This document shows positions 8,621 through 19,800 of a DNA stretch of 64,000 bases, one piece after another. Position numbers and translations under genes: made by a program. This DNA comes from Dehalococcoidia bacterium (GTDB taxonomy: Bacteria > Chloroflexota > Dehalococcoidia > Lucifugimonadales > UBA3495). The DNA lies in the NCBI GenBank assembly GCA_965261885.1, contig CBDHDY010000039.1:94623-158622 (forward strand). The letters are read 5' to 3'. The notes under the pieces are model-generated. The model did no database searches. It was not told the origin of the DNA and saw nothing but the letters and a program-made list of their open reading frames with translations. Within the stretch, counting starts at the first letter, position 1. Each line of letters starts with the position of its first letter.

Positions 8621-11600
8621 TCACGGCCGTGCCGTGAGCATCAGGATCGCGGCGATGCGCCGGGCGGTGTGCATGAAGTGCTCAACTTCCTGGGGGTGCA
8701 TGTTGCGGCCGAGGATCTTGTGCTCGCGGTAGGAGAGCCACTTTTTGAGGACCTGGTAGCCGCCCAGCTTGTAGGCCCAGACGGCGGCGGGTACGTTGCT
8801 CCAGCGGGCGTTGCCGTTCAGGTGGATGTCGAGGGTGCTGTCGCCGAGTGCGCCGGCGGCGTCCCTCAGGGCCTCCTGTTCGGGTGGCGTGTATTCGCGT
8901 GCCACGGACCGGCCCGTGCCGGGCATCACGGCGTCGCCGGTGCCGAAGTGGCCCCAGCCGGCAGTGAGCGCGTAGTCGTCGTTGTGCATGTTGTGTCCGT
9001 CGGCGGTGGATGGAACGGCGATGGCCGCAAACTCTGGGCGAAGCGTTCCGGACGTTACGCCGGGTACCGGCGTCTCCGGGTTTAGCAGAGTGGCCAGTTC
9101 GCGGCCTCGGGCGGCGGAGGCCCGCAGGTCGTCGGCGGCATCGCCCACGTCTGTATCAGAATCGCCGTTGGTCCAGCCGGGCAGCGGGATGCGAGGCCAC
9201 TCCATCCGCAGCGCCCCGGCGTTGGCTCCCCGGTAGGCCGGGTCGTGCAGCACCGCCAGCGCGTGGTGGAACAGGTCCTCCACCCCCAGCCCGAGCCGGT
9301 CGAGGTACGTCTGCGCCTTGGCGGACAGGTTGGGACGCCGCCCATATCCGTCGGCCTCCAGCAGTAGGCCTTCCTCCCGCAGGTACGCGGGGAACATATT
9401 GGCCCCCCGTTCTTAGGTGCAGCGATCCAACGTCCCGTGCGAAACAGGATTGCGGTTCCTCCGAACCTTTTCGTAGATGTTGGGCAGAGGACAGCCATAG
9501 ATTGCCGTCAATCACGTTGTGTCGAAAGTCGCTTCGCTTCTCGTCCAAGAGCTTGGTGTCGGCTTCCCAGTAGAGCCAGCGGCTGTCGAAAGGGCGATAG
9601 GCGTAGCGGATGATACCGCTGTTTGGGTGCGGCTCATCGCGTTTCAGGAGAGTGTCCCTGACTGCGAGTGGGTCGTACCGCGCTGCCGGGTTCATCACCG
9701 TGGGATGAAGGCGGGCTATCTCCCCGTGGCTCAACTCAGCGTTGAAATAGTCCGACACCCGTTTCTCCAGTTGTTCAAGGTCGATATCAACTAGGAACGA
9801 ATCTCGGCTGGTCTTGACGCCAGGAAAGGATGCCGGGAACAGGTCGGGCAGCGAGGGCCAGTTGCTCCATTCAGGGTTGACGGCCAATTCCGCAAAAGGT
9901 AGACCCAAATGCAGGGACGGCTTGACTGCGCCGTATAGGTCTGCCGGTTCCGTTTCCACTGTCTCGGTCAGCTGCGTCAGCTTGGCCTGCCCCCACAGGT
10001 GTCGAAAGCCCACGGTCTCGGCGGGCGCGTGTTCCGCCTTCCTGACCAGCGTGGCGATGGCGGTGCCGACCTGGATGCCCACCGGGTCGCCGGGTGTGGA
10101 GAAGATGCTTGGGTCGGGCTTGCCGTCGGGCGTGGTCTTGCCTGTCTTGTACTTGTCACCATTGAGGTTGTCTATGCGGATGGCGTCGAATGACTCAAGC
10201 AGGTGCTCCCTCATGACGGTGAAGGATAGCCCGTCCAGCCAGGAGTAGTTTGAGATAAAGCAGACTATGCCGTGCCCGGTCATCTCAGCGATGCGCCGCT
10301 CTGCCATCCGGAAGAAGCGCACGTACAGGTCGTTAAGCCCGTGTCCTTCGGGTTTCTTTACACCATTCTTCTTCGTCTGTTTATAGGCATCTTTCAGATT
10401 TGCCTCCTTGCCCACCGCCATCCCGGCGAAGCCGTTATAGGGCGGGTTGCCGATGACGACCAGCACTTTCTCGTGGTGCTTCACGCCCTCGGCGCGGTCA
10501 CGCTCCTCCTGTAGCTCCGGCATGAACAGCTGGAACTGCTTGGGTTCTTTCCCCGTTTCCTTATCCCAGCCGGTCAGGGCGTTGGTCAGGAACACCCCGG
10601 CCCGCTCATCGCCGTCCTCCGAAAAGGCCGCGTCCAGAGCTTGCATGGTCAAGCCGACCTGCAGGTGGGCCACCACGAAGGGGGCGGGCATGATTTCGAA
10701 GCCGAACACCCTCTCGGTGGCCGCCTTCTTCACCTGCGCTCCGGCGAGGGCGCCCAGGCCCTTGCTCTGCAGGTTGGCGGCGATGCGCTTGAGCGTCTCT
10801 GCCAGGTAGGCGCCGGTGCCGCAGCAGGGGTCGAGGACGTAGACGTTCTCGGCGGCCAGACCATCCTCGATGCCGAGGTCGTCCTTGAGGGCTCGGTCGA
10901 CGCGGGCCACCATGTAGCGGACCACCTCGGCGGGGGTGTACCAGACGCCCAGCTGCTTGCGGAGGGCCGGGTCGAATTCCTCGAGGAACGGCTCGTAGAA
11001 GTAGGGGACCGCCTCGCCCTCGGTGAACCTGTCGAAGAAGGCCTCGCGGTCCACCCGGTCCAGGGCCGCCGCCGTCCAGTCCAGCACCTCGTTCAGTCCC
11101 AACGGCTGGAGCTGTCCGGGGTTGGAGAGCTGCCAGAACAGCTCGCGGATGACAGGCACACGCAGGAGCTGGGCTGATTCGTGCCAGTTGAACGGTCCTT
11201 TTGGTGCAGGAGTCTGCCGGGCCCACAGCACCCATGCCGAGAAGATGCCGTAGAAGAGGGTCTGCACCAGCGTGGAGCGGTAGAAGGCCGCGCCCTTCTC
11301 ACCCTCGAACTTCACGCCCAGGGCCTCCTCCAGCCCCGTGCGCACGGCGTTCAGGGATGGCGAGTTGCCGTGGGCCTCCACGCGGGCGAGGCCTTCCCGG
11401 GCGTAGGCGGCCAGTAAGCGGGCCAGGTCGCGGGGCTCGGCCAGCGCGGTCCGGTTGGACAGGGCGCGGGCGAGGTATTCGGCCAGCGCCGGGCCGACGG
11501 CGTTGGCGAAAGCCTTGGGGGTTTGCAGTTTCTTGTCGAACTCGGCGACGGACGCGGCCAGTCGGAAAGTTTCCAGCCTGGCAAGATTGCCGTTGGCGTC

Positions 11601-11999
11601 CTCGCCCAGTAGCACGAAGTCGCGAGTGTTGGTGACCAGCACCAGCCTGTACAGTTCCCAGTACTTGCTGACCTGCGCGCTGTCGGCGGTGAGCCAGGCG
11701 TCGTCGGTGGCGGGCTTTACCTCGACCACGCCGCCTTCGGGCAGCTGACCCTGCTTGGGGTGGCCCTTGGATACCTGCTTGGCGGCGAAGAGGTCGAAAT
11801 CTGGGTGGTCTGCACCCTGCTGGGTGAGCTGGCTGACGCAGAACACCCTGGGCTTCAGGGATCCGCCCACGGCGTTCAGCAAGTTGGTCAAAGGCGGATA
11901 GTAGGACGTCTCGGCGGTGCCGCCGCCCGAGGCCTTGATCTTGCGGAGGTCGTCGAAGTAGTCCTCGACGGCTGATACAAGTTTATTGTTGTTGGGCAT
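8621..11999 (-). pseudogene. Type IIG (MmeI-like/Type ISP-like C-terminus) restriction-modification enzyme, frameshifted
   Basis: The N-terminus has PDFDLF...GGVVEVKP (D...E.K nuclease-like). MTase motif I is VLDPCCGTGAYL and motif IV is VIGNPPYNGFAG. The C-terminal ORF 8621-9397 carries NMFPAYL and YKLGGYQVLKKWLSYRE (Type ISP/PglX-type C-terminal domain). The two reading frames switch within 9398-9412, which contains a C6 run (9403-9408). Confidence 0.8.
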
Positions 12000-12088
12000 A
12001 TGACCCTTGCGGTTTTGTGTTCCGCATTAGCCCCTGGGTGGTCACAGCAGTTTCGTTTTACCGCTGGTATGGGACTAAATAATAGGGA

Positions 12089-12094
12089 ATTATA
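12089..12094 (-). promoter_or_regulatory. Candidate -10 box (TGTATAAT on minus strand) upstream of the Type IIG gene
   Basis: A perfect TATAAT preceded by TG lies in an AT-rich island ~90 nt upstream of the ATG at 11999. It is embedded in the imperfect palindrome GGGAATTATACAAATTTCCC. Confidence 0.25.
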
Positions 12095-12251
12095 CAAATT
12101 TCCCGACATGCATGAGAAAAGGTCTTTCGTTGCCGCGTAGACGGCCTGCTGCCGTCTTTGACTTGACTATGGGATGGGTGGGAGATGGGCGGACAAGGTG
12201 GGGGAGCTGGGGTTGCGGGTTGTGGACTGGGTTCGTGGAACGGGAGACTGG

Positions 12252-12587
12252 CTAGTCGTCGATGCCGCGCTCTGTGGCTGAGAGCAGCTTGGTGCGGGTC
12301 TGCCGGAGCTGGTCGCGGTAGGCGATGGTCTCCTCGAGGGACCTGGAGAAGCGGTGGAGCTTCCAGACCACGATGGCGTCGAACGGGGCCTCGGGCCCGG
12401 TGGCCAGGGTGATCATCTCGTGGAACTGGTCGTTGCCTCCGGCTTCGTCAGTGAAGCTGACTATGACTGAGAGACCTCTGGCGGCGCAGTAGTCGCGGCA
12501 GGCGGCAGCCTGGCCGTCGTTGGAGATGATGCTGGGGGTGGGCGTCAGGGGATCCCTGACGTAGATGGCGGCGTGTTGCAAGGCCAC
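12252..12587 (-). CDS. Resolvase-domain mini-protein lacking the catalytic serine
   Basis: 111 aa. AAIYVRDPLTPTPSIISNDGQAAACRDYCAARGLSVIVSFTDEAGG...PFDAIVVWKLHRFSRSLEE follows the serine-recombinase catalytic-domain pattern, but YxRVS is replaced by YVRDP. No DNA-binding domain follows. Confidence 0.6.
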   Translation of the reverse strand: MALQHAAIYVRDPLTPTPSIISNDGQAAACRDYCAARGLSVIVSFTDEAGGNDQFHEMITLATGPEAPFDAIVVWKLHRFSRSLEETIAYRDQLRQTRTKLLSATERGIDD

Positions 12588-13333
12588 TCTCTGGGAGTTT
12601 GGGGATGGGTGTGCTTGTCAGCCTGCTGGGGCGAGAGGTGAATCCAGGATGGTTCCTGGTGGGAAGATGGGCCAGGGATGGCGGGTCTCTCGGAGCGTGA
12701 AACCCGAGAGGCGGGACGCTTCTGGATGAGGAGGTTCTTGAGGTGGCGGTTGTGCTTGGCAGTGGGAGCTGCGATTTCTGGGTTGTAGGGGAGCATTTCT
12801 GCAGCGTAGATGTACCTGGCGTCGGAGCTGCCGCGGCGGCGGATGTCGCGGAAGGAGAGCTGGGGTTGGGGGAATGGTTGGTGGTAGACGTGGAAGGTTT
12901 AGGTCTCGCTGGGCTCGGGGGTAGTGATGGTAAACGGGCGGATCCGGATGCCTGCTGGATACTCGTGGATCTCGACGGGGGTGCAGGCCAGGCCGACGGG
13001 GTAGGTGTTGGTCATGGTGTGTAGGCGAGCTTCTCCCACCAGCCGAGGAAGAAGCTCAGGAAGCCAATGGTGATGGGAATGCCGTAGGCCCAGACGCGGA
13101 GGAAGATCTCACGCTTGGGCACGCCTTTGAGGGGACAGGGCTTCTTTGTGCATGGTCGCCGATCCTGGTCGGGATGCAGGGTGTTGGAATACCTGAAGTA
13201 TGAAGCGTCTGCCAAAGGCTCGGCAACTGGAGTTTCCAGTCCCCGCGATAGGGTGGTTGTCTTGGGAAGCTGGCAAAAACAAGGGCCGAGCGGCTGTCGC
13301 CCGGCCCTTGTTGCTGTGCGGGAGCGGGTGTGG

Positions 13334-13634
13334 CTAGTTCTCGGTCACTGAAACGACGTAGGTTCCGTGTGTCTCTTCGACTTCCGACACCACTATGGAA
13401 TAGGTTCCGGTGGTGGTGATGTCTACGTCCAGCTTGGAATCTAGGCTCTCACCCCCGTCGTCGGTGGTCAAACCGCGACTGTTCTAATCCAGCCGTACCG
13501 CTCTGCCGATCTACAGGCCCGACGCGGAGTCCGAAGAAAGTGTCCGATCCCAAGGATGTGGTGAGGGTTACCCTAATGCAAACATGAGTTATGCGGTCAT
13601 CAGCGTTATCCGAGGGCCGTTCAAATCGTCGCAC
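13334..13634 (-). pseudogene. Remnant of a PPC-type (pre-peptidase C-terminal-like) domain
   Basis: The frame-shifted translation ...DSKLDVDITTTGTYSIVVSEVEETHGTYVVSVTEN* parallels VKLDTTGTYYIAAG...GTFRMTLTD of the 1426-aa protein. There is no plausible full-length ORF. Confidence 0.3.
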
Positions 13635-13923
13635 CTAATACCAGATCCCCCCAATCCGCTGGGAACCCCTGCTTTAATAGTTTCGAAATCCCTTGACGAC
13701 ACAGCCCTTGAGCTTCGATCAGAAGCATGAGGTTCTCGGGCGTAGGGTCAACGTGGCCAGTGTGAATAGCGCCTGAAGCCCTATCGTAAGCATCCCTCAA
13801 TGTTTTGCGGATACGTTGCCTGTGTTGAAAATCCTTACCCAAGAACCACGCACCAAACAGCGCGAGCCGGAATCGCATTTCCTGGCTGTATTCGTTAGCG
13901 AAATCTCTCAGATAAAGAGCTTC
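13621..13923 (-). pseudogene. 3' part of HEPN-motif gene split by IS630
   Basis: It reads EALYLRDFANEYSQEMRFRLALFGAWFLGKDF...LRDAYDRASGAIHTGHV, with an Rx5H motif (R 13780-13782, H 13762-13764). After removing the IS and one TA, it joins in frame to 15147-16268. Confidence 0.7.
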
Positions 13924-13938
13924 TAGTACTGGACCAAA

Positions 13939-14628
13939 TCAGGATTGGCAGGGATAGAGGCGGTGGAGTTTGCGTCTGGCGTCTTGGGCAGTGAACCGCC
14001 AGTTAATAGTGGTCCCTGCCGCGTTCCGCTCTGACACGCAGGCTCTGACGGCGTTTTCCAGGCTGTCCTCGTCGGCGTTGCGTCCGCGCAGGCAGGCCCG
14101 GGCCAGCACGCTGAACTCGATCTCCGCCATATTCAGCCAGCTTCCGTGCTTGGGAGTGTGGTGGAACTCCAGCCGCTTGGCAATGCGCCGAGCCTCGGCC
14201 GCCGGAAAGGTCTCGTAAAGCGAGGCCATCCGATGGGTGTTCAGATTGTCGAGAACCATCCGAATCACCGGGACATCGGGGTAGGCCTCATCCACCAGCC
14301 ACCGCATTTGGTGAGCGAAGTCCGGCATGGTGCGTTGCCGGGTTATCGCCACGTGGCGCCAGCCCCGGCGAGGCTCACAAGTGAGGAACAGGTTGCGCGT
14401 CCCTGCCCGCTCGTATTCGTAGTCCTCACGCCTCGGCCTCCCAGGCTTTGCCGGAAGCGGTTCCCTGATGTCGGCCAGCAACTGGGTTGAGGTCTCGTCA
14501 AAACAGACCACTGGCCTCTGGGGATCGTAGGGCTCGGCGTAGAGGTCCAGGACGTCCTCCATGGCCGCCACGAACTCTCCACCTACCTTGGGGATGCACC
14601 ATTGTTTCTTGAGCCACGGCTTGAGCAT
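13939..14628 (-). CDS. IS630 transposase, DDE (DDE_3) part (orfB)
   Basis: [14 protein letters not shown]...[11 protein letters not shown]...[10 protein letters not shown]...[17 protein letters not shown] is the canonical IS630 catalytic region. It is in the -1 frame relative to orfA, across an A7 run. Confidence 0.9.
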   Translation of the reverse strand: MLKPWLKKQWCIPKVGGEFVAAMEDVLDLYAEPYDPQRPVVCFDETSTQLLADIREPLPAKPGRPRREDYEYERAGTRNLFLTCEPRRGWRHVAITRQRTMPDFAHQMRWLVDEAYPDVPVIRMVLDNLNTHRMASLYETFPAAEARRIAKRLEFHHTPKHGSWLNMAEIEFSVLARACLRGRNADEDSLENAVRACVSERNAAGTTINWRFTAQDARRKLHRLYPCQS

Positions 14629-15053
14629 GTTTTTTTCAGCCGCAGGCGCACCGTCTCGGGAGACAAAGACTCCACCAATCCCAACTCCACCACCTTGCCC
14701 GCCAGGGCCCGCATGGTCCAGTGGTCATGGCCATCGGGCACCGGGCTGCAGGCCAAGGCTATCAGGTGGGCCTCCACCCTTTCATCTACCTTTCTGGGCC
14801 GGTTGACCTGGTTATGGTGCCTCAGCACCTCATCCAGTCCCTCCTCGGCATACCGCCGCTTGGTGCGGAACACGGTCCGCTCCGACACGTCCAGTGCCGC
14901 CGCCACCTGGGGGGCGGGCCAGCCTTCATCTATCTTGAGCAGGATCCGTGCCCGGGTGATGGCCTGGGCAGAACTCCTGCCAGCCCTGATCATCTTCCTG
15001 AGCCGTCCCTTTTCCTGTGTTGCCAGCCGGACTCCGTACTTCTCCTGCACCAT
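14583..15053 (-). CDS. IS630 transposase, HTH part (orfA)
   Basis: [45 protein letters not shown]...[18 protein letters not shown] is a paired HTH/winged-helix N-terminus. The start is chosen at the internal ATG. Confidence 0.8.
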   Translation of the reverse strand: MVQEKYGVRLATQEKGRLRKMIRAGRSSAQAITRARILLKIDEGWPAPQVAAALDVSERTVFRTKRRYAEEGLDEVLRHHNQVNRPRKVDERVEAHLIALACSPVPDGHDHWTMRALAGKVVELGLVESLSPETVRLRLKKTCSSRGSRNNGASPR

Positions 15054-15146
15054 GACCACCTCCCATCCCACAACCATTCGTCTGCCCCCAAGGTAACATC
15101 TCATTGGGATCATGAATTAACTGACAATACCAGTTTGGCCGAATAC

Positions 15147-16268
15147 TAGCGCCATTCGCAAATCGACGAATTGATCCACTAAGCCGTCCCGCGAGCTCTT
15201 CGATTTCATCCACCTGGAAGTCGCCGTCCGAACGGAGTTGAAGTTCGGCTTTGCTAGGGTTTGAAGCGTGTCGCAGGCGATGGGTTCGTTGAGTTCCTGA
15301 ACTGCCCAATCATCAATCGATAGCGTAACCACTCCGGTATCGAAGTCTCGGTTCAATCGACGTCCCGCTCCGGCTTGCAGTTCCAATCCTCCCGGCGACC
15401 CCTGCCGTATCGAAGAGCTACTACTGGGGAAGACATTTTCCAGATCTTGGTAATCGTCCCAGTAGAAGCCAACCTCCACCAATTTATCAGTTAGAAGCGA
15501 AAGAGTTTGGCAGACAATTTGAAAATCGACGGCACAATTCATCCTGGCTTCTACCCTATGGTGATCGTGCCGCCGGTAGTTTGAGTTCGGTCGAAACAAC
15601 GCGGGTGAAGCTTCGCAATCGATAGCCACTACCGTTCTGCCCAGATATTCATTCGGTTCCCCGAAGGACATTTTCGACAGAAAACTCGGCAACTCGGCCG
15701 TAGACCGTGGCAAAACCTCAATCCTGGCCCCATGGATGGGCGTGAATGACTCATTGATGGTGATGCCGTTTAGAATTGCGCAAACGCGGTACTGGATGGG
15801 TTCCCCGTGTTTCCAGCTCGTGAGTAACTCTTCTAATTTCTCGGCTCCCACCAGCGCTGAACCATGGATTGCAGCTTTAGCGAAGTTGTCTAACGCTGTC
15901 ACGCTAGACCCGCAGCCTAACCCGTTTCCCTGACTAGCCAATAATGTTTCGCTGAACCCCGGTCTAATTCTGGGAAAGGCATACCCAATTTTGTCGGTGT
16001 CAGGGTCGACGTAATCTTCAAGGAAAACCGACAAATGATCCCTGATTTCTGCGACCAACTCGTCAGGGCTAATCAAGAGGGCACGTTTGGCGTTTTGTAG
16101 GTCCAAACCGCCCCGTTCAGCCATCCGACTTAGTTCGTCGACGGTAACCACCTCATCGGGCCTAGACGCGTATAACCTTGAGGGTTGACCATCGTGCGTG
16201 GCGTCGCGTCCCAAATCGAACCGGACGTTAGGCAAGATGGAATCGAGTAATTCATGCAGATTGGCCAT
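15147..16268 (-). pseudogene. 5' part of HEPN-motif gene split by IS630
   Basis: ATG at 16268 (MANLHELLDSILPN) follows GGAAGG. The 374 codons run up to ...DQFVDLRMAL, where the IS630 TIR begins. The remaining 9 codons of the ORF are IS-encoded. The region is AT-richer than its neighbours. Confidence 0.7.
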
Positions 16269-16823
16269 CACCGAACCTTCCAAACGGTTGCCCAGTAACA
16301 AGATTCCGCAAACGGGGCACCCACTGTACCAACGTTGTCCATTTGTTGTACACCATGGCGATTGGGCCCGCGCGTACTGTAAATGGCAGAGTTTGATCCA
16401 GACTCTACCACTTTTGGCCTCGCGGCCGTTGTCGTCGTTCGGGACGAAATCGCTGACCCTGGGTTCCTGGAATTTCTTACACGTCCACACAGGTTTGCAT
16501 ATAAGCGTGGGGCATCATTCGGCTTCGTCACACGAGACAAAGGTGTAAGGAATAGGCAGTCCGGACCAGTGGCTAACAGCTGTTAAGCGCCTGCCCTGGC
16601 GGTCCCTGCTGCCGTTTCCGGCCGAAAAGAAGGTACCACTGCCGCGTTTTGAGGTCCTCTCCGTCGCTCTGACGCACGGGGCTCGTGCTGTCCGGCGATG
16701 GTGATGGGGAAGCTGCCGACTGAGTGTCGGCGGAAACGTCGGGGCTGTAGGCTCAAAGAATAGGGGCGGTGCCACCTGGGTGGCTCCGCCCCTGGTTGCT
16801 AATGGTCCGGGAGCTGCTGTGTG

Positions 16824-19800
16824 TTACTGATAATCCATGATGGTGCCGGTGGCAACGCCGCGTTCGATCTGAGCGACAGTGGGGTTTGACAGAACCAGGG
16901 TGAGGGTCTCGTCGACCTCGTCGTGGCTGTCGTACTCAATCGGCACGTAGACGGTCTTCTGCACGTCGCCTTGGTCGAATACCAGTGTGCCTGAGGTTGC
17001 CTCGTAGTCCCGGCCGGCGGTGGCGGTGCCGTTCACCGTGGTGTAGTTCACGGTTACTTCCGTGTCCGCTCCGCGGTCCAGCGTAACGATGAAGGACATG
17101 TACTTCCGATGGGCAAAGGCTTCGCTCATGCTGGCGTCGGCAACCGAGATCTGCATGGGCCCTCCGGGCTTGGCCGCGCCGCAGGAATCGTCGGAGGTGC
17201 CCAGGTCAGTGAGGGTCATCCTGAAGGTTCCGCCGTTCTCGAACCTGTAGAGGCCGGCCGCGATGTAATACGTGCCGGTCGTGTCGAGTTTGACGTTGCT
17301 GATGGCCGTGGTGCCGCGGCCGTCGGCGTTCTCATACGTGTTCAAGATGTGGGTGCCGTCGGAGCGGTATACGCCGCGAACGGCGGGGTATTGCAGCGTC
17401 AGGGTCTCGTCGGCGCTGCTGCCTTCGACCGTGATCTGGTAACAGTGGTCCTTGGTCAGCGTGGTCCGGTACCAGTCGGCATCGTCGACCGTTTCTATCC
17501 GGTTTTGGACGGTGTTGCGTGGGCTGATGGTTGCGGTGGTCGAGGTATCACCCGGCACTGTGTCTTCATACGCCTGGCCGCCGTTCTCGTCATCCCTGAT
17601 GGTGCCGATCGCCTTTCTTGTTCCGTAGGAGAACTCTCTGCCTTCGTAGGCGGACGGGTAGAGTCCGATTCCGAATATTTCGGTCCCTTCGACCAGGTCA
17701 TCGTCGACGGTCGTGAAGGTGAGCTCGATGGATGTCTGCCCGTAGCCGATTTGGACGTTTGCACCGGCGGGATGATGGGGAACGTAGTCGTCGTCTTTTC
17801 TGGCTCCCATGCTGCCTGATGGGAGCGAGTCGGTTCCCGTGCCGTAGCCTACTGAGAGGAACCCGTCGATGGGCGGGGAGATGGTGATGACGAATACGAT
17901 GTCGCCGCCTTCGGTCGTCGACGCCGACGCGATGTTGACCTCCGGCATTCGGGGCGGCGGCGCGACTGTAACTGTATAGGTCCGCTTGGCCGTCCCGTCC
18001 TCCGCCGTAACCTCCACCGTGATGACGTTGGTACCCGCCGTCCAAACCATCGTGCCGTCGGCGTCCACAGTGCCGTTCAGCTTGATTACCGTTGTGGCGT
18101 CGGAATCGAGGGGGGTTGCTGTTACGGTCGTCTCCGTGACGCCTGAGGCGCGGGTAGCGATGTACGTTTGGGTGTCTCTGTCGAACGTCCTCGCAAGGGT
18201 TACGCCGCTCAGTTCCAGGCTGTGCAGCCGGGCCTCGCTGGCGGGCGGGGGGGAGCGGAACACTTGGATACCGTAAATCTCAGTGCTGCCGTCCTTAGCC
18301 TGCGCCTCCCATTGGAAGGGGTTCCTGTGATAGGACGGTCTGACCTGCCAGCCGGGCGTATTCAGATCATCGTCATAGAGGGGCTGGAAGTTGTCGGCGT
18401 AGGGCTCGATTTGAGCGTTGGGGTCTCGTGGTTGAATGGTGATGGTGGTCGTGGAGACGTTATGGGCGACGGTGGCGACGCTGTTCAATAACCCAGGCGC
18501 TTCGAATGGGGTGGTTAGGGCGCCGGGGCTGATGCTGAATTCACTGAGCCCGATGTCGCCGGGCGGTCCGCACACGGTATTCGCCCCGCTGTAGAACTTC
18601 AAACCGGTATTGGTGAGGGCCAAGTCGGCAGCGGTAGGCTGCGTGTTGAAGCTGTTGCCGCTGATTTCCAGGAAGGTGAGGATCGAGGCGAACGGAGTGA
18701 ATCGCGCAGAGTCGAGCGCAGTGAGCTCGTTGCACGAGAGGTCCAGCTCCGTCAGGCCGGTGAGGCCGGCGAAGATGCCGGCGGGCAGCGCGGCGAGGGC
18801 GTTGCTCCGCAGGTACAGCTTTGTCAGGCTGTCGTCCAGGTCCTCAAACACGCCCGCGGTCAATGCGTTGATCGAGTTATCGCTCAGATCGAGTGTACCG
18901 AGGTCGCCGAGCCCGTCGAAGATGTCGACGTTGAGTGATGCGAGGCTGTTGTCGTTGAGGTAGAGGGTTTGTAGGGCGGTGGTTTCGTCAAAGAGGTCCA
19001 CGTCGGGTGATGTGATGCCGTTGTCGTTGAGATAGAGGTTTGTCAGCGCCGTGAGGCCGTCGAAGAGATCCACGTTGGGGGATGCGATGCCGTTGTTGCT
19101 GAGGGTGAGCGTTGCCAGGGCGGTGAGGCCGTCGAAGAGGTCCGCGTGGGGCGATGCCATGCCGTTGTTGCTGAGATCGAGGGAGGTCAGGGACGTCAGG
19201 CCGTCGAAGAGGTCCACGTGGGGCGATGTTATGCCATTGTCGCTCAGATTGAGGGTTGCCAGGGCCGTGAGGCCGTCGAAGAGCTCCGCGTTAGGTGATG
19301 CGAGGTTGTTGCGATTCAGAGTGAGGGTTGCCAGGGCGGTGAGGCCGTCGAAGAGGTTATCGGGGAGACTCGAAATCATGTTGTCGTTGAGGTAGAGGGC
19401 GGCCAGGCCGGTGCGGCCGTTGAAAGTGTTTGCGGGGACGGTGGTTAGATCGTTGTAGCTGAGGGCGAGTAAGCTGAGGCCAGTGAGACCATCGAAGAGG
19501 TCTGCATCGAGATCTGAGAGCTTATTTCGATGCAGGAAGAGGTACTGCAGGTCGGGGAGGCCGTCGAAGGTGTCCTCGTGGAGCGATGAGATCTCGTTAC
19601 CAGGGAGGTAGAGCAATCCCATGCTGGTGAGGCCATTGAAGGTGTCCTTGTGGAGCGATGAAATAATATTGCTAGCGAGGTTAAGCCGCCAGAGGTTGGC
19701 AAGACCGCCGAAGGTGTCTTCGTGGAGAGAGGAGATCCTATTGTCCTGGAGGTTAAGGTCGGTGAGTGCGGTGAGCCCGTCGAAGGTGTCCTCGTGGATC

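Larger units (their letters stand above)
13924..15148 (-). mobile_element. IS630-family insertion sequence, copy 1 (with TA duplication)
   Basis: The TIRs are TAGTACTGGACCAAATC (13924-) and the inverted GATTTGG..: cagtttggccgaatacta (-15148). A TA lies at both junctions, as expected for IS630/Tc1. Confidence 0.85.

Noticed and set aside
9010-11635. Many 60-210-aa ORFs on both strands inside the Type IIG gene (e.g. 10606-11235, 10641-11177, 11201-11635)
   Set aside because: They are shadow frames of a gene whose own frame carries methylase motifs I and IV. Their translations are low-complexity R/G/P/A strings.
8621-11999. BREX PglX interpretation of the large methyltransferase
   Set aside because: No PglZ, BrxC or BrxL-like neighbours are present. 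The N-terminal D…EVK nuclease-like segment fits a stand-alone Type IIG enzyme better.
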